A stretch of 64,000 nt of DNA from Isoptericola halotolerans. Lineage in GTDB: Bacteria; Actinomycetota; Actinomycetes; Actinomycetales; Cellulomonadaceae. Shown here piece by piece: positions 17,503-27,943 of this stretch. The first letter of the stretch is position 1, and the number at the start of each line of letters is the position of its first letter. The position numbers were made by a program, and so were the translations under genes. Below the pieces are notes generated by a model. It was given only the letters and a program-made list of their open reading frames with translations, had not been told where the DNA came from and ran no database searches. The stretch lies in NCBI RefSeq assembly GCF_013149785.1, contig NZ_JABEZU010000001.1, positions 992,001 through 1,056,000 on the forward strand, in the 5' to 3' direction.

Positions 17503-19611
17503 ATGAAGCTCGCACGACGAACGCCCGCACGACGGCGATCACCGCGCCGCCGGACCCTGGCCGGGCTGACGGCCCTGTTCCTCGCCACCGGCGGCCTGCT
17601 CGGCACGGCAGGCCCGGCGACGGGCGAGACCTCGGTGCCCAGCCCGGTGGTGGACTCCCCGAACGGTCGGGGGAACGTCGTCCTCAACCTCTTCCAGTGG
17701 ACCTGGGACGCCGTGGCCGACGAGTGCACCAGCACCATCGGCCCGGCGGGCTTCGGCCACGTGCAGGTCTCGCCGCCGCAGGAGCACATCCGGGGCACCG
17801 AGTGGTGGACCTCCTACCAGCCGGTCAGCTACCGGATCGAGTCCAAGCTCGGCACCCGCGCCGAGTTCCAGCACATGGTGGACACCTGCGCCGACGCCGG
17901 CGTGGGGATCGTCGTGGACGCGGTCATCAATCACACCACCGGGGCGAACGTGGGGTCGGGCACGGGCGTGGCAGGCAGCCCCTACGGCCTCGACCACTTC
18001 CCGGGCCTGTACGGCGCGGCGGACTTCAACGACTGCCGGACGAACATCTCCGACTACCGCGACCGGTACCAGGTGCAGAACTGCCGCCTGCTGTCCCTGC
18101 AGGACCTGCGCACCGGCTCCGAGCACGTCCGGGACACCCTGGCCGCCTACTTCGACGACCTCCTCGGCATGGGCGTGTCGGGCTTCCGGATCGACGCCTC
18201 CAAGCACATGCCGGCCGCCGACCTGGAAGCGATCAAGGCCAGGTTGTCGGACCCGGACGTCTTCTGGGTGCACGAGGTCATCGGTGCCGCCGGCGAGCCG
18301 ATCCAGCCCTCGGAGTACCTCGGCAGCGGCGACTCGCACGAGTTCGACTACGCCCGTGAGCTCCGCGACCGCTTCGACGGGAGCATCAAGGACCTGCGCA
18401 CCATCGGTGACGGCAAGCTGCCCTCCGGCAGCGCGGGCGTCTTCGTCGACAACCACGACACCGAGCGCAACGGCGAGACGATGAACTACCGGTGGGGTGC
18501 GAAGTACACGCTGGCCAACACGTTCATGCTCTCGTGGCCCTACGGCTCGCCGACCGTCTACTCCGGCTACGAGTGGGACGACAAGGACGCGGGGCCGCCG
18601 GGAGCCACCAGCACCACCGTGCCCGCCGCCGACTGCTCCGCAGGCTGGACGTGCACGCAGCGCTGGACGGAGATCGTCGGGATGGTCGGCTTCCACAACG
18701 CCGTCGAGGGCACCCCGGTCACCAGCTGGTGGGACGACGGCGCCCACCACATCGCCTACGGACGGGGCGACGTGGGCTACGTGACGATCAACAACGCGGG
18801 ATCGGCCGTGACGCGCACCTACCAGACGTCGCTGCCGGCCGGGACGTACTGCGACGTCGTCGCCTCGACGGACTGCTCGCAGACGTACGACGTCTCGGCC
18901 GCGGGCACCTTCACCGCGACCGTGCCGTCCTACGGCGCGCTGGCGCTGCTGCCCGGCGAGCCCGCCGACCCCACCGACCCCACCGACCCTGAGGAGCCCG
19001 TCGAGCCCGGCGACGACGTGACGACCGTCTACTACTCGACCGACGCGGGGTGGGACGCGCACAAGATCCACTACCGGGTCGGCACCGGGGCGTGGACCGA
19101 GGTGCCCGGTGTGGACATGGACGCGGCCTGCACGGGCTGGGTAGCGCGCCAGGTCGACCTCGGCGGGGCCTCGGACCTCACCGCGGCGTTCAACGACGGT
19201 GCCGGCACCTGGGACAGCAACGGTGGCCAGGACTACGCGTTGTCCGGCCCGCACGTGGCGGTCGCCGCTGGTGCCGTGGTTCCGGGCAACCCGTGTGCGG
19301 ACTCCGGCTCGGGGGACGTGCAGGGCGGCACCTCGGTCGCGGTCGAGGCCACGACCGCCTGGGGCCAGGACGTCTACCTGGTGGGCAGCATCCCGGCGCT
19401 GGGGTCGTGGGCGCCCTCGGGCGGCATCCTGCTGTCGGCGGAGACCTACCCGGTCTGGCGGGCCTCGCTCGAGCTGCCCGCGGGGACCTCGTTCTCCTAC
19501 AAGTACGTCAAGATCGACGGCGCCGGGGGAGTCGTCTGGGAGAGCGGCGACGACCGTCGCGCCACGGTCGGCGACGACGGGACGCTGACGCTGGACGACA
19601 GCTGGCGGTAG
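17503..19611 (+). CDS. Secreted alpha-amylase (GH13, actinobacterial type) with CBM25 and C-terminal CBM20
   Basis: LFQWTW, VQVSPPQEH, YQPVSY, GFRIDASKH, FVDNHD; WTEVPG..FNDGAGTWDSN (CBM25); TTAWGQDVYLVGS..YKY..VVWESG (CBM20). Confidence 0.93.
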   Translation: MKLARRTPARRRSPRRRTLAGLTALFLATGGLLGTAGPATGETSVPSPVVDSPNGRGNVVLNLFQWTWDAVADECTSTIGPAGFGHVQVSPPQEHIRGTEWWTSYQPVSYRIESKLGTRAEFQHMVDTCADAGVGIVVDAVINHTTGANVGSGTGVAGSPYGLDHFPGLYGAADFNDCRTNISDYRDRYQVQNCRLLSLQDLRTGSEHVRDTLAAYFDDLLGMGVSGFRIDASKHMPAADLEAIKARLSDPDVFWVHEVIGAAGEPIQPSEYLGSGDSHEFDYARELRDRFDGSIKDLRTIGDGKLPSGSAGVFVDNHDTERNGETMNYRWGAKYTLANTFMLSWPYGSPTVYSGYEWDDKDAGPPGATSTTVPAADCSAGWTCTQRWTEIVGMVGFHNAVEGTPVTSWWDDGAHHIAYGRGDVGYVTINNAGSAVTRTYQTSLPAGTYCDVVASTDCSQTYDVSAAGTFTATVPSYGALALLPGEPADPTDPTDPEEPVEPGDDVTTVYYSTDAGWDAHKIHYRVGTGAWTEVPGVDMDAACTGWVARQVDLGGASDLTAAFNDGAGTWDSNGGQDYALSGPHVAVAAGAVVPGNPCADSGSGDVQGGTSVAVEATTAWGQDVYLVGSIPALGSWAPSGGILLSAETYPVWRASLELPAGTSFSYKYVKIDGAGGVVWESGDDRRATVGDDGTLTLDDSWR

Positions 19612-19669
19612 ACCAGGGTGCGGGCGGGGGCGGTGCGTGAGGCCGGCAGGCGGCCTCACGCACCGCGCC

Positions 19670-20344
19670 TCAGCCCGGCAGGTCGTCGTCGAGGCGGTCC
19701 AGCCGGTCGTTCACGAGCCGACCGGTGGCCCACAGCGCGAACGAGACCCCGACCAGGACCGCTGCGAGGGGCATGAAGGTCCAGGCGATCCACACCACGA
19801 GCAGCACGACGAGCACGGCGAGGCTGGTCGCAGGACCGAGCAGCGGTGCCAGCAGGACGAACCGCCACGTCGGCCGGACCGGTCGGTCGTAGCGCAGCAG
19901 CACCCTCGGCCAGTAGGCCAGCATCACGGACGACCAGGCCAGGATCACCACGAGACCACCGAGCAGCACCGACCGTGCGGGGCCCTCCAGCAGGGTGACC
20001 GCCACCCCGTCGAACCACAGGAGCGTCGCCAGGACCCAGAACGGCGCGAACCGCGCGTTGGTGCGCCAGAAGCCCGCGCGCCAGGTCCGCCAGAACGTGC
20101 GCCACGGGGTCGGCTCGTCGGTCATCCGCTCCACGGCGGCGCTGCCCGCGCGCAGCGCCGGCCCGACGCCGAGCACGACCCCGCCGGCAAGCGTCCCCAG
20201 CACGACCATGACGTTGATCTCGATCAGCAGCGTCACCCAGCGCAGCACGAACATGACGCCGCCGGTCCATCCGGGCACCTCGGCGTCTGCGACCCGTTCG
20301 TTCACGGTCGCACGGGTCCCGCTGCGTCGTGGGTCGTGCGTCAC
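19670..20344 (-). CDS. YesL/DUF624 family membrane protein (start 20344 or 20305)
   Basis: GGVVLGVGPALRA and FWRTWRAGFWRTN motifs, hydrophobic; GTGA overlap with the GH43 stop. Confidence 0.8.
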   Translation of the reverse strand: MTHDPRRSGTRATVNERVADAEVPGWTGGVMFVLRWVTLLIEINVMVVLGTLAGGVVLGVGPALRAGSAAVERMTDEPTPWRTFWRTWRAGFWRTNARFAPFWVLATLLWFDGVAVTLLEGPARSVLLGGLVVILAWSSVMLAYWPRVLLRYDRPVRPTWRFVLLAPLLGPATSLAVLVVLLVVWIAWTFMPLAAVLVGVSFALWATGRLVNDRLDRLDDDLPG

Positions 20345-21741
20345 GAGCCTCCTTCGCCGAGCCGGGTGGCGAGTACCACCCGGGAGCTCTCGCCGAGCGC
20401 GGTCAGGACCAGGGCGGGCCGGTCGCGCACGGCGTCCCACCCAGGATGCACGACGGCGGAGAACCGTGCGTCGTCGTCCCCCCGCCAGACGAAGCGCCCG
20501 GCCCCGAGGGAAGCCACGTCGTGGCGCGCGTCGAGCTCGCGCACCACGCCCTCCTGGACCCGCGTCGGGTCGGCGCCGGGCTCGAGCACCTCCCAGGTCC
20601 CTTCGAGCACCGCGGGATCCGTGGGCCACGTGGACGCGTCGTCGCACTCCCGGGAGGCACCCGCCCAGGGCTGCGGGCTGACCAACGGCCACCCGTCGTG
20701 CGTCCAGACCAGGCGTCGCAGCTGCAGCCGGTGCTCGGTGGGCGCGTCGGCGTCGCGCACGTGGTGCACGAAGGTCTGCCGGGTGCCGCCGTCGGGCAGC
20801 GTCTCGGTGAGCACGGAGCCGTGGCCGGGGGCGAGGATCCCCGGCCCGTCCCCGAGGCGGTGTCCGCTGAGCACCGGGACGCCCACCGTCCAGGGAGCGG
20901 CCTCGAGGTCGGTCATGAGGTTCCCGAGCCGGTCGCGGAACGGACCCGTCACGGCGTCGCCGACGGCGGCGCGCACGTGATAGCTGGCGGCGAGCGAGTC
21001 GTAGGACACCAGCAGCGCCCAGCCGCCGTCCGGTCGTGGCAGGACGAAGGCACCCTCGACGGCGCCGTTGTCGACATGGGGTGCGCGCCGTGCCACGAGG
21101 ACGCCAGGGTGCTCGGTGAGCCCGCCGGGCTCCGCGGAGCGCGCGGCGGACTCTGCCACGTGCCCGGACACCGGGTCGAGCGGCAGCACGTGGATCCCGC
21201 CGAAGAACGAGCCGTAGACCAACCACTGCCTCGAGCCGTCGTCGACGACGTTGGCGTCGATCGCGTTGGGGTGCCCGACGCCGGCCGGCGGGTCGTGGTG
21301 CTCGGAGGACACGACGAGCCCGCCGTCCCGCCACGGACCGGCAGGGTGCGGTGCGACGGCGAGGCCGATCGCCGAGCGGCGGGAGCCGAACGACGAGGCG
21401 GAGTAGTACATGCGCCAGCCGTCGCCGCCCGGGGCGCGGACGACGTCGGGGGCCCAGAGGCCCTGGGCGCCGGCCCAGTCGGCGGCCGCGGCCGGGACGC
21501 CGTCGAGGGCCCAGCCGTGGAACGTCCAGTCGACGAGGTCGTGCGAGCGTCGCACCTGCACACCGGCACGGACCGGCCCGTCGGAGCGGGCGTCGGTCGA
21601 GAAGCACCAGTAGGTGCCGTCGTCGTCGCGGACGACGGTGGGGTCGTGGACGTGCCGTCCTGCCCAGGAGGCGGTCTCGGGCACGGGTGCGACCGGCCCC
21701 CCGTCGGTCAGCCCGACGGGGGGCGTACGGAGCTCGGCCAT
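20341..21741 (-). CDS. Intracellular GH43 arabinan endo-1,5-alpha-L-arabinosidase
   Basis: VHDPTVV, WAPDVV, NAIDANV, YGSFFGGI, VEGAFV, APGHGSV. Confidence 0.88.
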   Translation of the reverse strand: MAELRTPPVGLTDGGPVAPVPETASWAGRHVHDPTVVRDDDGTYWCFSTDARSDGPVRAGVQVRRSHDLVDWTFHGWALDGVPAAAADWAGAQGLWAPDVVRAPGGDGWRMYYSASSFGSRRSAIGLAVAPHPAGPWRDGGLVVSSEHHDPPAGVGHPNAIDANVVDDGSRQWLVYGSFFGGIHVLPLDPVSGHVAESAARSAEPGGLTEHPGVLVARRAPHVDNGAVEGAFVLPRPDGGWALLVSYDSLAASYHVRAAVGDAVTGPFRDRLGNLMTDLEAAPWTVGVPVLSGHRLGDGPGILAPGHGSVLTETLPDGGTRQTFVHHVRDADAPTEHRLQLRRLVWTHDGWPLVSPQPWAGASRECDDASTWPTDPAVLEGTWEVLEPGADPTRVQEGVVRELDARHDVASLGAGRFVWRGDDDARFSAVVHPGWDAVRDRPALVLTALGESSRVVLATRLGEGGS

Positions 21742-21742
21742 G

Positions 21743-22609
21743 TCAGCCCTTGGACCCGGTGAGCGCGATCGACTCGATGATCTGCCGCTGGAAGATCAGG
21801 AAGACGACGACGATGGGCAGCAGCGCGACGACGGAGGCGCCCATGATGAGGGGGTAGTCGCGCTGGGTGGCGTACTGCACGTTCATGTTGGCGATGACCA
21901 CCTGCAGGGTCTGCCGCTCGGGGGTGCGCAGGTACAGGATCGGGGCGAGGTAGTCGTTCCACACCGCCATGAACCACAGGATGAACTGTGCGGCGACGGC
22001 GGGCCGGATGATCGGGAAGATCATCCGCCAGAAGATCTGCCAGAACGACGCGCCGTCGATCTTGGCCGCCTCGATGAGCGAGTTCGGCACGCTCTCGAGG
22101 TACTGCCGCAGGAAGAAGATGACGATGATGTTGCCGAACACGGCCGGCACGATCAGCGGCAGCAGGGTGTCGACCCAGCCGATCCGCGCGAAGATGACGA
22201 ACTGCGGGATCATGAGGGTCGGGAACGGGATCATGATGCCGGTCAGCAGACCGATGAAGATCGCGTTGCGGTACGGCAGGCGCATCTTGGCGATCGAGAA
22301 CGCCGCCAGGGAGCAGGTCAGCGTGCCGAGGATGGTGACGGAGAACGTCACGATCGCGGAGTTGGCGAAACCGGACAGGATGTAGGAGTTCTCCCACATC
22401 CGCACGTAGGTGTCCCACTGGGGGACCTCCGGGATCCACACCGGCGGCAGGGCGAAGACCTCGAGCTGGGTCTTCAGGGACGTGGACAGCATCCACAGCA
22501 GCGGGGCGAGCATGAAGATCGCGCCGGACGCCAGGACGATCCACACGACGGTGTCGGTGATCCGGGTGCGTGCCGTGCGGCTGAGGTCCATGGTGGTGGT
22601 CGAGCTCAT
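21743..22609 (-). CDS. Carbohydrate ABC permease (CUT1)
   Basis: EAAKIDGA EAA loop, WNDYLAP. Confidence 0.93.
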   Translation of the reverse strand: MSSTTTMDLSRTARTRITDTVVWIVLASGAIFMLAPLLWMLSTSLKTQLEVFALPPVWIPEVPQWDTYVRMWENSYILSGFANSAIVTFSVTILGTLTCSLAAFSIAKMRLPYRNAIFIGLLTGIMIPFPTLMIPQFVIFARIGWVDTLLPLIVPAVFGNIIVIFFLRQYLESVPNSLIEAAKIDGASFWQIFWRMIFPIIRPAVAAQFILWFMAVWNDYLAPILYLRTPERQTLQVVIANMNVQYATQRDYPLIMGASVVALLPIVVVFLIFQRQIIESIALTGSKG

Positions 22610-22626
22610 GAGTTGTCTCCCTGGCC

Positions 22627-23601
22627 TCAGTCGAGAACGAAGCTGTTGCGCTTGTTCAGCCGGAACTGGATGAGCGTGATGATGAAGATCAGGATCCCCA
22701 GGACGATCGCCATCGAGGTCGCGTACCCCATCTGCTGGTACTGGAACGCCTGGCGCCAGATGTGGAACACCGCCGACGCCGTCGAGTACTCGGGTCCGCC
22801 GCCGGGGGTCATGATCTGGATCTCGGCGAAGATCTGCGCGCTCGCGATGATCTGGGTGACCACGAGGAAGAAGGTCACGGGGCGCACCATCGGCAGGGTG
22901 ATCGCGCGGAACCGCTGCCAGGCACCCGCACCGTCGAGCTCGGCGGCCTCGAGGAGGGACCGGGGCACGGCCTGGATGGCGGCGAGGTACAGCAGCATCG
23001 AGTAGCCCAGGCCCTTCCACACCATCATGACCACGATGGCGGGCTTCGACCACGTCGCGTCGGAGAGCCAGTTGGGCCCGTCGATGCCGATCATGGCGAG
23101 GAACTGGTTGACCAGCCCGAAGTCACCGTTGTAGGCCCACTGCCACAGGATCGCGATGGCGGCGATGGAGCAGATGACGGGGACGTAGTAGATGGTCCGG
23201 AAGACGGTCAGGCCCACGAGCCGGCGGTTCATCGCCAGGGCGAGCGCCAGGGCGAGCGCCAGACCGATCGGGATGCCGAGCAGGTAGAAGATCGTGTTCC
23301 ACATCGACTGGTGGAAGCGCTCGTCGCCCAGCAGGGTGACATAGTTCTGCAGCCCGATGAACTCCATCGCGCCCAGCCCGTTCCACCGGGTGAACGAGGC
23401 GTACAGGGCGAACAGCACGGGGTACAGGATGAAGAGCAGGTATCCGAGCACGGGCAGCGCCACGAAGGCGAGCGCCCACTTCTGCTCGGAGCGGTGCAGC
23501 CGCGACGACCCTTCGCCGAGCGGGGCCTTCTTGCGTCGGGCGCCCTTCATGCGCGCCGCGGTGGCCAGCCCGGTCGTGGCCGGGGTAGCGGTGGAGGTCA
23601 T
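22627..23601 (-). CDS. Carbohydrate ABC permease (CUT1)
   Basis: EAAELDGAG, FRAITLPMVRP, MGYATSMA. Confidence 0.93.
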   Translation of the reverse strand: MTSTATPATTGLATAARMKGARRKKAPLGEGSSRLHRSEQKWALAFVALPVLGYLLFILYPVLFALYASFTRWNGLGAMEFIGLQNYVTLLGDERFHQSMWNTIFYLLGIPIGLALALALALAMNRRLVGLTVFRTIYYVPVICSIAAIAILWQWAYNGDFGLVNQFLAMIGIDGPNWLSDATWSKPAIVVMMVWKGLGYSMLLYLAAIQAVPRSLLEAAELDGAGAWQRFRAITLPMVRPVTFFLVVTQIIASAQIFAEIQIMTPGGGPEYSTASAVFHIWRQAFQYQQMGYATSMAIVLGILIFIITLIQFRLNKRNSFVLD

Positions 23602-23630
23602 CGCAGACTCCTTCGTCCAAGTCGTACGGA

Positions 23631-23665
23631 CCGGGTGCGGCCGCCGGACCGGCGGCCGCACCCGG
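23631..23665. promoter_or_regulatory. Intercistronic hairpin downstream of the SBP gene
   Basis: ccgggtgcggccgccgg-a-ccggcggccgcacccgg. Confidence 0.65.
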
Positions 23666-23673
23666 AGGTGGTG

Positions 23674-25023
23674 TCAGTCGTTCTGCGCGTTCTGCTCCGC
23701 AGCGCGGGCAGCGTCCTCGTTGGACTGGTCGAGGAGAGCCTGCATGCGGGGCTGGACCTCGGCGAGGTACTCGTCGGCGGGACGGACCCCGTCGACGACC
23801 GGCTGGATGTCCACCCAGAGCTCGTCGTACCAGGCGGCACCGTAGGTGAAGGCGGCCGGCATGGCACGTCCGTAGTCCTCGGCGATGTCGAGGAACTCCT
23901 GGCGGTTGGCCGGCTGTGCGTCGGGCTCGGCGGCCCACTCCTGGGCCGTGTCGATCCGGTTCGGGATCTGGATGTTGGCGTCGATGAGCGTCTCCTGGGC
24001 GGCCTCGTCCGTGGAGAGGTACGTGACCAGCTGGACGGCCTCGTCCGGCATGTCGGACGTCGCGGAGACGCCGATGCCGAGGGAGCCGACCCAGGCGGCG
24101 GTCTCACCGGTGGAGCCGACGGGCCAGGGCATGAGGTCGTACTCGAAGTCCAGCTCGTTGTAGACGCTCATGTCCCACGGCCCCACGGGGAAGAACGCGA
24201 TCTCACCAGCCATGAAGCGCTGGTAGGTGTCGAGCGTCTGCGCCTGCTCGGGGTTCGGGGTGACCCCGTGGACCGTGGTCAGGTCGGTGAAGTACTGCAG
24301 CGCCTCGGCGAACTCCGGGGTGTCGACGGTGACCTCGGTGCGGTCCTCGTTCGTCCAGTCGCCGCCGTTGCTCCACACGAACGACTGCAGGTTCCACTGG
24401 ACGTTGAGCCCGGTGCCCCACTGGTCGACCTCGCCGTCGCCGTCGGTGTCGACGGTGACCTCCTTCAGGATCTCGAGCCAGTCGTCCCAGGCCAGGGGGA
24501 CGTCCGGGTCGGGGCGCTCGACGCCGGCCTCCTCGAGCATGGTGGCGTTGTAGCCGAAGGCGAACGGGCCGATGTCCTTGGGCAGGCCGTACAGCCGGCC
24601 CTCCGGAGTGCCCTGGAGGGTCCCGTCGTAGCGGTAGGAGTCGACGCCGTAGTCCCAGATGTTGTCGAGGTCGACGCCGAGCTCGTCCACGGCGTCCGTG
24701 ATGTCCAGGAGGATGCCCTCGTTGACGTACGCCTGCAGGTTGGCCTGCTCGATGTAGAACACGTCCGGCACCTGGTTCCCGGCGATCGACGCCTGGAGCT
24801 GTGTCGCGTAGTTGTCGGGGTCGGAGACGACGACCTCGACGTCGACCCCGGTGTCCTCGGTGAAGCGGTCGATGGCTGCCTGGTAGGCGGCCTTCTCGTC
24901 GTCACCGCCTCGGAACATGAAGGTGAGGCCGTCGGACGATCCGCCACCACCGGTGCTGCACGCGGCAGTGCCGGCGACGACGAGCCCGGCGACGACGCCG
25001 GCGGTCAGGCGTGACTTCTTCAT
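23674..25023 (-). CDS. Sugar ABC substrate-binding lipoprotein (probably arabino-oligosaccharides)
   Basis: Lipobox TAAC, PDVFY, LYGLPKD; context of GH43/GH51 genes. Confidence 0.9.
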   Translation of the reverse strand: MKKSRLTAGVVAGLVVAGTAACSTGGGGSSDGLTFMFRGGDDEKAAYQAAIDRFTEDTGVDVEVVVSDPDNYATQLQASIAGNQVPDVFYIEQANLQAYVNEGILLDITDAVDELGVDLDNIWDYGVDSYRYDGTLQGTPEGRLYGLPKDIGPFAFGYNATMLEEAGVERPDPDVPLAWDDWLEILKEVTVDTDGDGEVDQWGTGLNVQWNLQSFVWSNGGDWTNEDRTEVTVDTPEFAEALQYFTDLTTVHGVTPNPEQAQTLDTYQRFMAGEIAFFPVGPWDMSVYNELDFEYDLMPWPVGSTGETAAWVGSLGIGVSATSDMPDEAVQLVTYLSTDEAAQETLIDANIQIPNRIDTAQEWAAEPDAQPANRQEFLDIAEDYGRAMPAAFTYGAAWYDELWVDIQPVVDGVRPADEYLAEVQPRMQALLDQSNEDAARAAEQNAQND

Positions 25024-25086
25024 CACGGGTCCTCTCGTTGAGCCTTGAGCGGCGGCCCGGTGCTGACGATAGGAGCCGGTCCGCTT

Positions 25087-25235
25087 TACATCGATGGAGA
25101 GCCACCGACGGGAGCAACGGTCGCACGCCCGGCCCGGCGTGGTCAAGTGGCCACGGTCACAGGTATACAACGATGAAGAAGTCGCTTGACCCTCCCGTGG
25201 CCCAGGAGGCACGATCATTCGTCTACAACGATGTA
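25087..25235. promoter_or_regulatory. Three LacI-type operators (TACATCGATGGA 25087; TACAACGATGAA 25166; TACAACGATGTA 25224) in a divergent promoter
   Basis: Repeated near-palindromic motif matching the site at 16082. Confidence 0.7.
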
Positions 25236-25257
25236 TCGACGATCGAGGGGACACACC

Positions 25258-26397
25258 ATGGTGAGCGACGACGCCGCCCGCCCGTCCGCGGGCCCAGGCT
25301 CCCGGGACAGCGACCCGACCACCCGGCCTGCCGAGCAGGACACCCCCTCCGGACCCACCGGTGCCCGCCCGCCGCGCCGCCGTCGTGCGCTGGTCCTGCT
25401 GCTCGCCGGTGTCGGCCTCCTGGCGGTCGCCGCCGTCGTCGCGATCCTCGTGCTCCGCCCGGGCTCCGGGCCGCGCGAGCTGGAGCTCACCGGTGACCTG
25501 GCCACCCACGACCCGGCGCTGGTGGTCGGCCAGGAGGGCGAGCCCTGGTTCGTCTACTCGACCGGTGACCCGGGCCGCGGTCTCGGCGCGCCCATGGTGC
25601 ACCGCTCCGACGACGACGGCGCCACCTGGGAGCGGGTCGGCCCGGCCTGGGAGGCGAGCGAGGACCCGCAGTGGGTGCGCGACTCGATCGACGGCGTCGA
25701 GCACTACTGGGCGCCCGAGCTGTTCGAGCACGACGGCACCTGGTACCTCTACTACTCGGCGTCGACGTTCGGGTCGAACACGTCCGCGATCGGGCTGGCC
25801 ACCTCGCCGACCCTCGACCCCGCCGACCCGGACTACGGCTGGACGCACCAGGGGCCGGTGTGGCGCTCGCAGGCGGGCGAGACGAACTACAACGCCATCG
25901 ACCCGGGCATCGTGGAGGACGCCGACGGCGATCCGTGGATGTTCTTCGGGTCGTTCTGGGGCGGGATCCAGGTCGTCCCGCTCGAGTGGCCGTCCGGGAT
26001 GCCGGCGCAGGGCGCCGAACCGGTCGTGGTCGCCACCCGCTCCGGGGTGCCCGAGAACCAGATCGAGGCACCGTTCGTGGTCGAGCGCGACGGGTACTTC
26101 TACCTGTTCGTCTCGTGGGGCAAGTGCTGCTCCGGCACCGACTCGACCTACTCGATCCACGTGGGCCGCTCCCCGAGCGTCACCGGCCCCTTCCTCGACG
26201 CCGACGGCAAGGACATGGCCCGCGGCGGCGGGACACGGGTGCTGGGGACCGACGGGTCGATGATCGGCCCCGGCGGGCAGTCGCTCGACCAGGGTCACCT
26301 GGCCTACCACTACTACGACGGCGACGCGGGCGGCATGTTCCGGCTCGCGATCACCGAGCTCGACTGGGTGGACGGGTGGCCGGTCGCCGTGCCGTGA
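25258..26397 (+). CDS. Membrane-anchored extracellular GH43 endo-1,5-alpha-L-arabinanase
   Basis: N-terminal TM after a basic patch; THDPAL, WAPEL, NAIDPG, GSFWGGI, IEAPF, GPGGQS. Confidence 0.88.
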   Translation: MVSDDAARPSAGPGSRDSDPTTRPAEQDTPSGPTGARPPRRRRALVLLLAGVGLLAVAAVVAILVLRPGSGPRELELTGDLATHDPALVVGQEGEPWFVYSTGDPGRGLGAPMVHRSDDDGATWERVGPAWEASEDPQWVRDSIDGVEHYWAPELFEHDGTWYLYYSASTFGSNTSAIGLATSPTLDPADPDYGWTHQGPVWRSQAGETNYNAIDPGIVEDADGDPWMFFGSFWGGIQVVPLEWPSGMPAQGAEPVVVATRSGVPENQIEAPFVVERDGYFYLFVSWGKCCSGTDSTYSIHVGRSPSVTGPFLDADGKDMARGGGTRVLGTDGSMIGPGGQSLDQGHLAYHYYDGDAGGMFRLAITELDWVDGWPVAVP

Positions 26398-26414
26398 GCC
26401 TTGGTAGTATCGCC

Positions 26415-26491
26415 ACGTCGCGACTGGCGTACAGGTGGATCACCACCGGGGAGCGACGCGCTGTGCTGACGACGGGTCGGTCGCCTGGGCC
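26415..26491 (+). ncRNA. ZMP/ZTP (pfl) riboswitch
   Basis: CGTCGCGACTGGCG..AGGTGG..CCACCGGGGAGCGACG..GTCGCCTGGGC matches the pfl consensus; upstream of glyA-folD; -10 TAGTAT at 26405. Confidence 0.92.
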
Positions 26492-26541
26492 CGGTCGTTC
26501 ACCGAGACACGAGTCCGTCCGACACAGCAGGAGACGCCGCC

Positions 26542-27819
26542 ATGAGCACGCCCGACCCCACGTTCAACGCCCCCCTGTCCGAGGTGGACCCGGAGATCGC
26601 CGCGGTCCTCGACGGGGAGCTGGCCCGCCAGCGCGACACCCTCGAGATGATCGCGTCGGAGAACTTCGTGCCGCGCGCCGTCCTGCAGGCGCAGGGTTCG
26701 GTGCTGACCAACAAGTACGCCGAGGGCTACCCCGGCCGTCGGTACTACGGTGGCTGCGAGCAGGTGGACATCGCCGAGAACCTCGCGATCTCGCGCGCCA
26801 AGGAGCTCTTCGGCGCCGAGTACGCCAACGTCCAGCCGCACTCCGGCGCGCAGGCCAACGCCGCCGTGCTGCACGGCCTGATCAACGCCGGGGACAAGAT
26901 CCTCGGCCTGGAGCTCGCCCACGGCGGTCACCTCACGCACGGGATGAAGATCAACTTCTCCGGCAAGCTGTACGACGTCGGCGCGTACGGGGTGGACCCG
27001 ACGACGCACCGCATCGAGATGGACGAGGTGCGCAAGCGGGCCCTGGAGCACCGACCGGACGTCATCATCGCCGGCTGGTCCGCCTACCCCCGCCACCTCG
27101 ACTTCGCCGCGTTCCGCGAGGTCGCCGACGAGGTCGGTGCCAAGCTGTGGGTGGACATGGCACACTTCGCGGGTCTGGTGGCCGCCGGGCTGCACCCCTC
27201 CCCGGTGCCGCACGCCGACGTCGTCTCCTCCACGGTGCACAAGACGATCGGCGGCCCGCGCTCCGGCTTCATCCTGGCCAAGGAGGAGTACGCGAAGAAG
27301 CTGAACTCCGCCGTCTTCCCCGGTCAGCAGGGCGGCCCGCTCATGCACGTCATCGCCGGCAAGGCCGTGGCGTTCAAGGTGGCGGCGTCGGAGGCCTTCG
27401 CCGAGCGCCAGCAGCGCACCGTGCGCGGCGCGCAGATCATCGCCGAGCGGCTGCTGCAGGCCGACGTCGCCGACACCGGTGTCTCGGTGCTCACCGGTGG
27501 CACCGACGTGCACCTGGTTCTCGTCGACCTGCGCCACTCCGCGATGGACGGCCAGCAGGCCGAGGACCTCCTGCACGACGCCGGGATCACCGTCAACCGC
27601 AACGCCGTGCCCTTCGACCCGCGCCCGCCGCGCGTCACCTCGGGTCTGCGCATCGGTACCCCGGCGCTGGCCACCCGCGGGTTCGGCGACGCGGAGTTCA
27701 CCGAGGTCGCGGACATCATCGCGACGGCGCTCAAGGACGGCTCGTCGGCCGACGTCGAGGCGCTCAAGGCCCGGGTCGCGAAGCTGACGGCGGACTTCCC
27801 GCTCTACCCGGGTCTCTGA
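26542..27819 (+). CDS. glyA: Serine hydroxymethyltransferase
   Basis: [36 protein letters not shown]. Confidence 0.98.
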   Translation: MSTPDPTFNAPLSEVDPEIAAVLDGELARQRDTLEMIASENFVPRAVLQAQGSVLTNKYAEGYPGRRYYGGCEQVDIAENLAISRAKELFGAEYANVQPHSGAQANAAVLHGLINAGDKILGLELAHGGHLTHGMKINFSGKLYDVGAYGVDPTTHRIEMDEVRKRALEHRPDVIIAGWSAYPRHLDFAAFREVADEVGAKLWVDMAHFAGLVAAGLHPSPVPHADVVSSTVHKTIGGPRSGFILAKEEYAKKLNSAVFPGQQGGPLMHVIAGKAVAFKVAASEAFAERQQRTVRGAQIIAERLLQADVADTGVSVLTGGTDVHLVLVDLRHSAMDGQQAEDLLHDAGITVNRNAVPFDPRPPRVTSGLRIGTPALATRGFGDAEFTEVADIIATALKDGSSADVEALKARVAKLTADFPLYPGL

Positions 27820-27829
27820 CCCTTCCGGC

Positions 27830-27885
27830 CGACCATGCGATGGCGGCCCGTCCTTGGACTCTGACGGGCCGCCATCGCATGGTCG
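27830..27885. repeat. Perfect 23-bp stem hairpin between glyA and folD
   Basis: cgaccatgcgatggcggcccgtc-(10 nt)-gacgggccgccatcgcatggtcg. Confidence 0.8.
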
Positions 27886-27943
27886 ACGGTCACGAAGGCA
27901 TGTTCGACGACGATCGAGACGACGTGTTCAGAGGGAGACGGCG

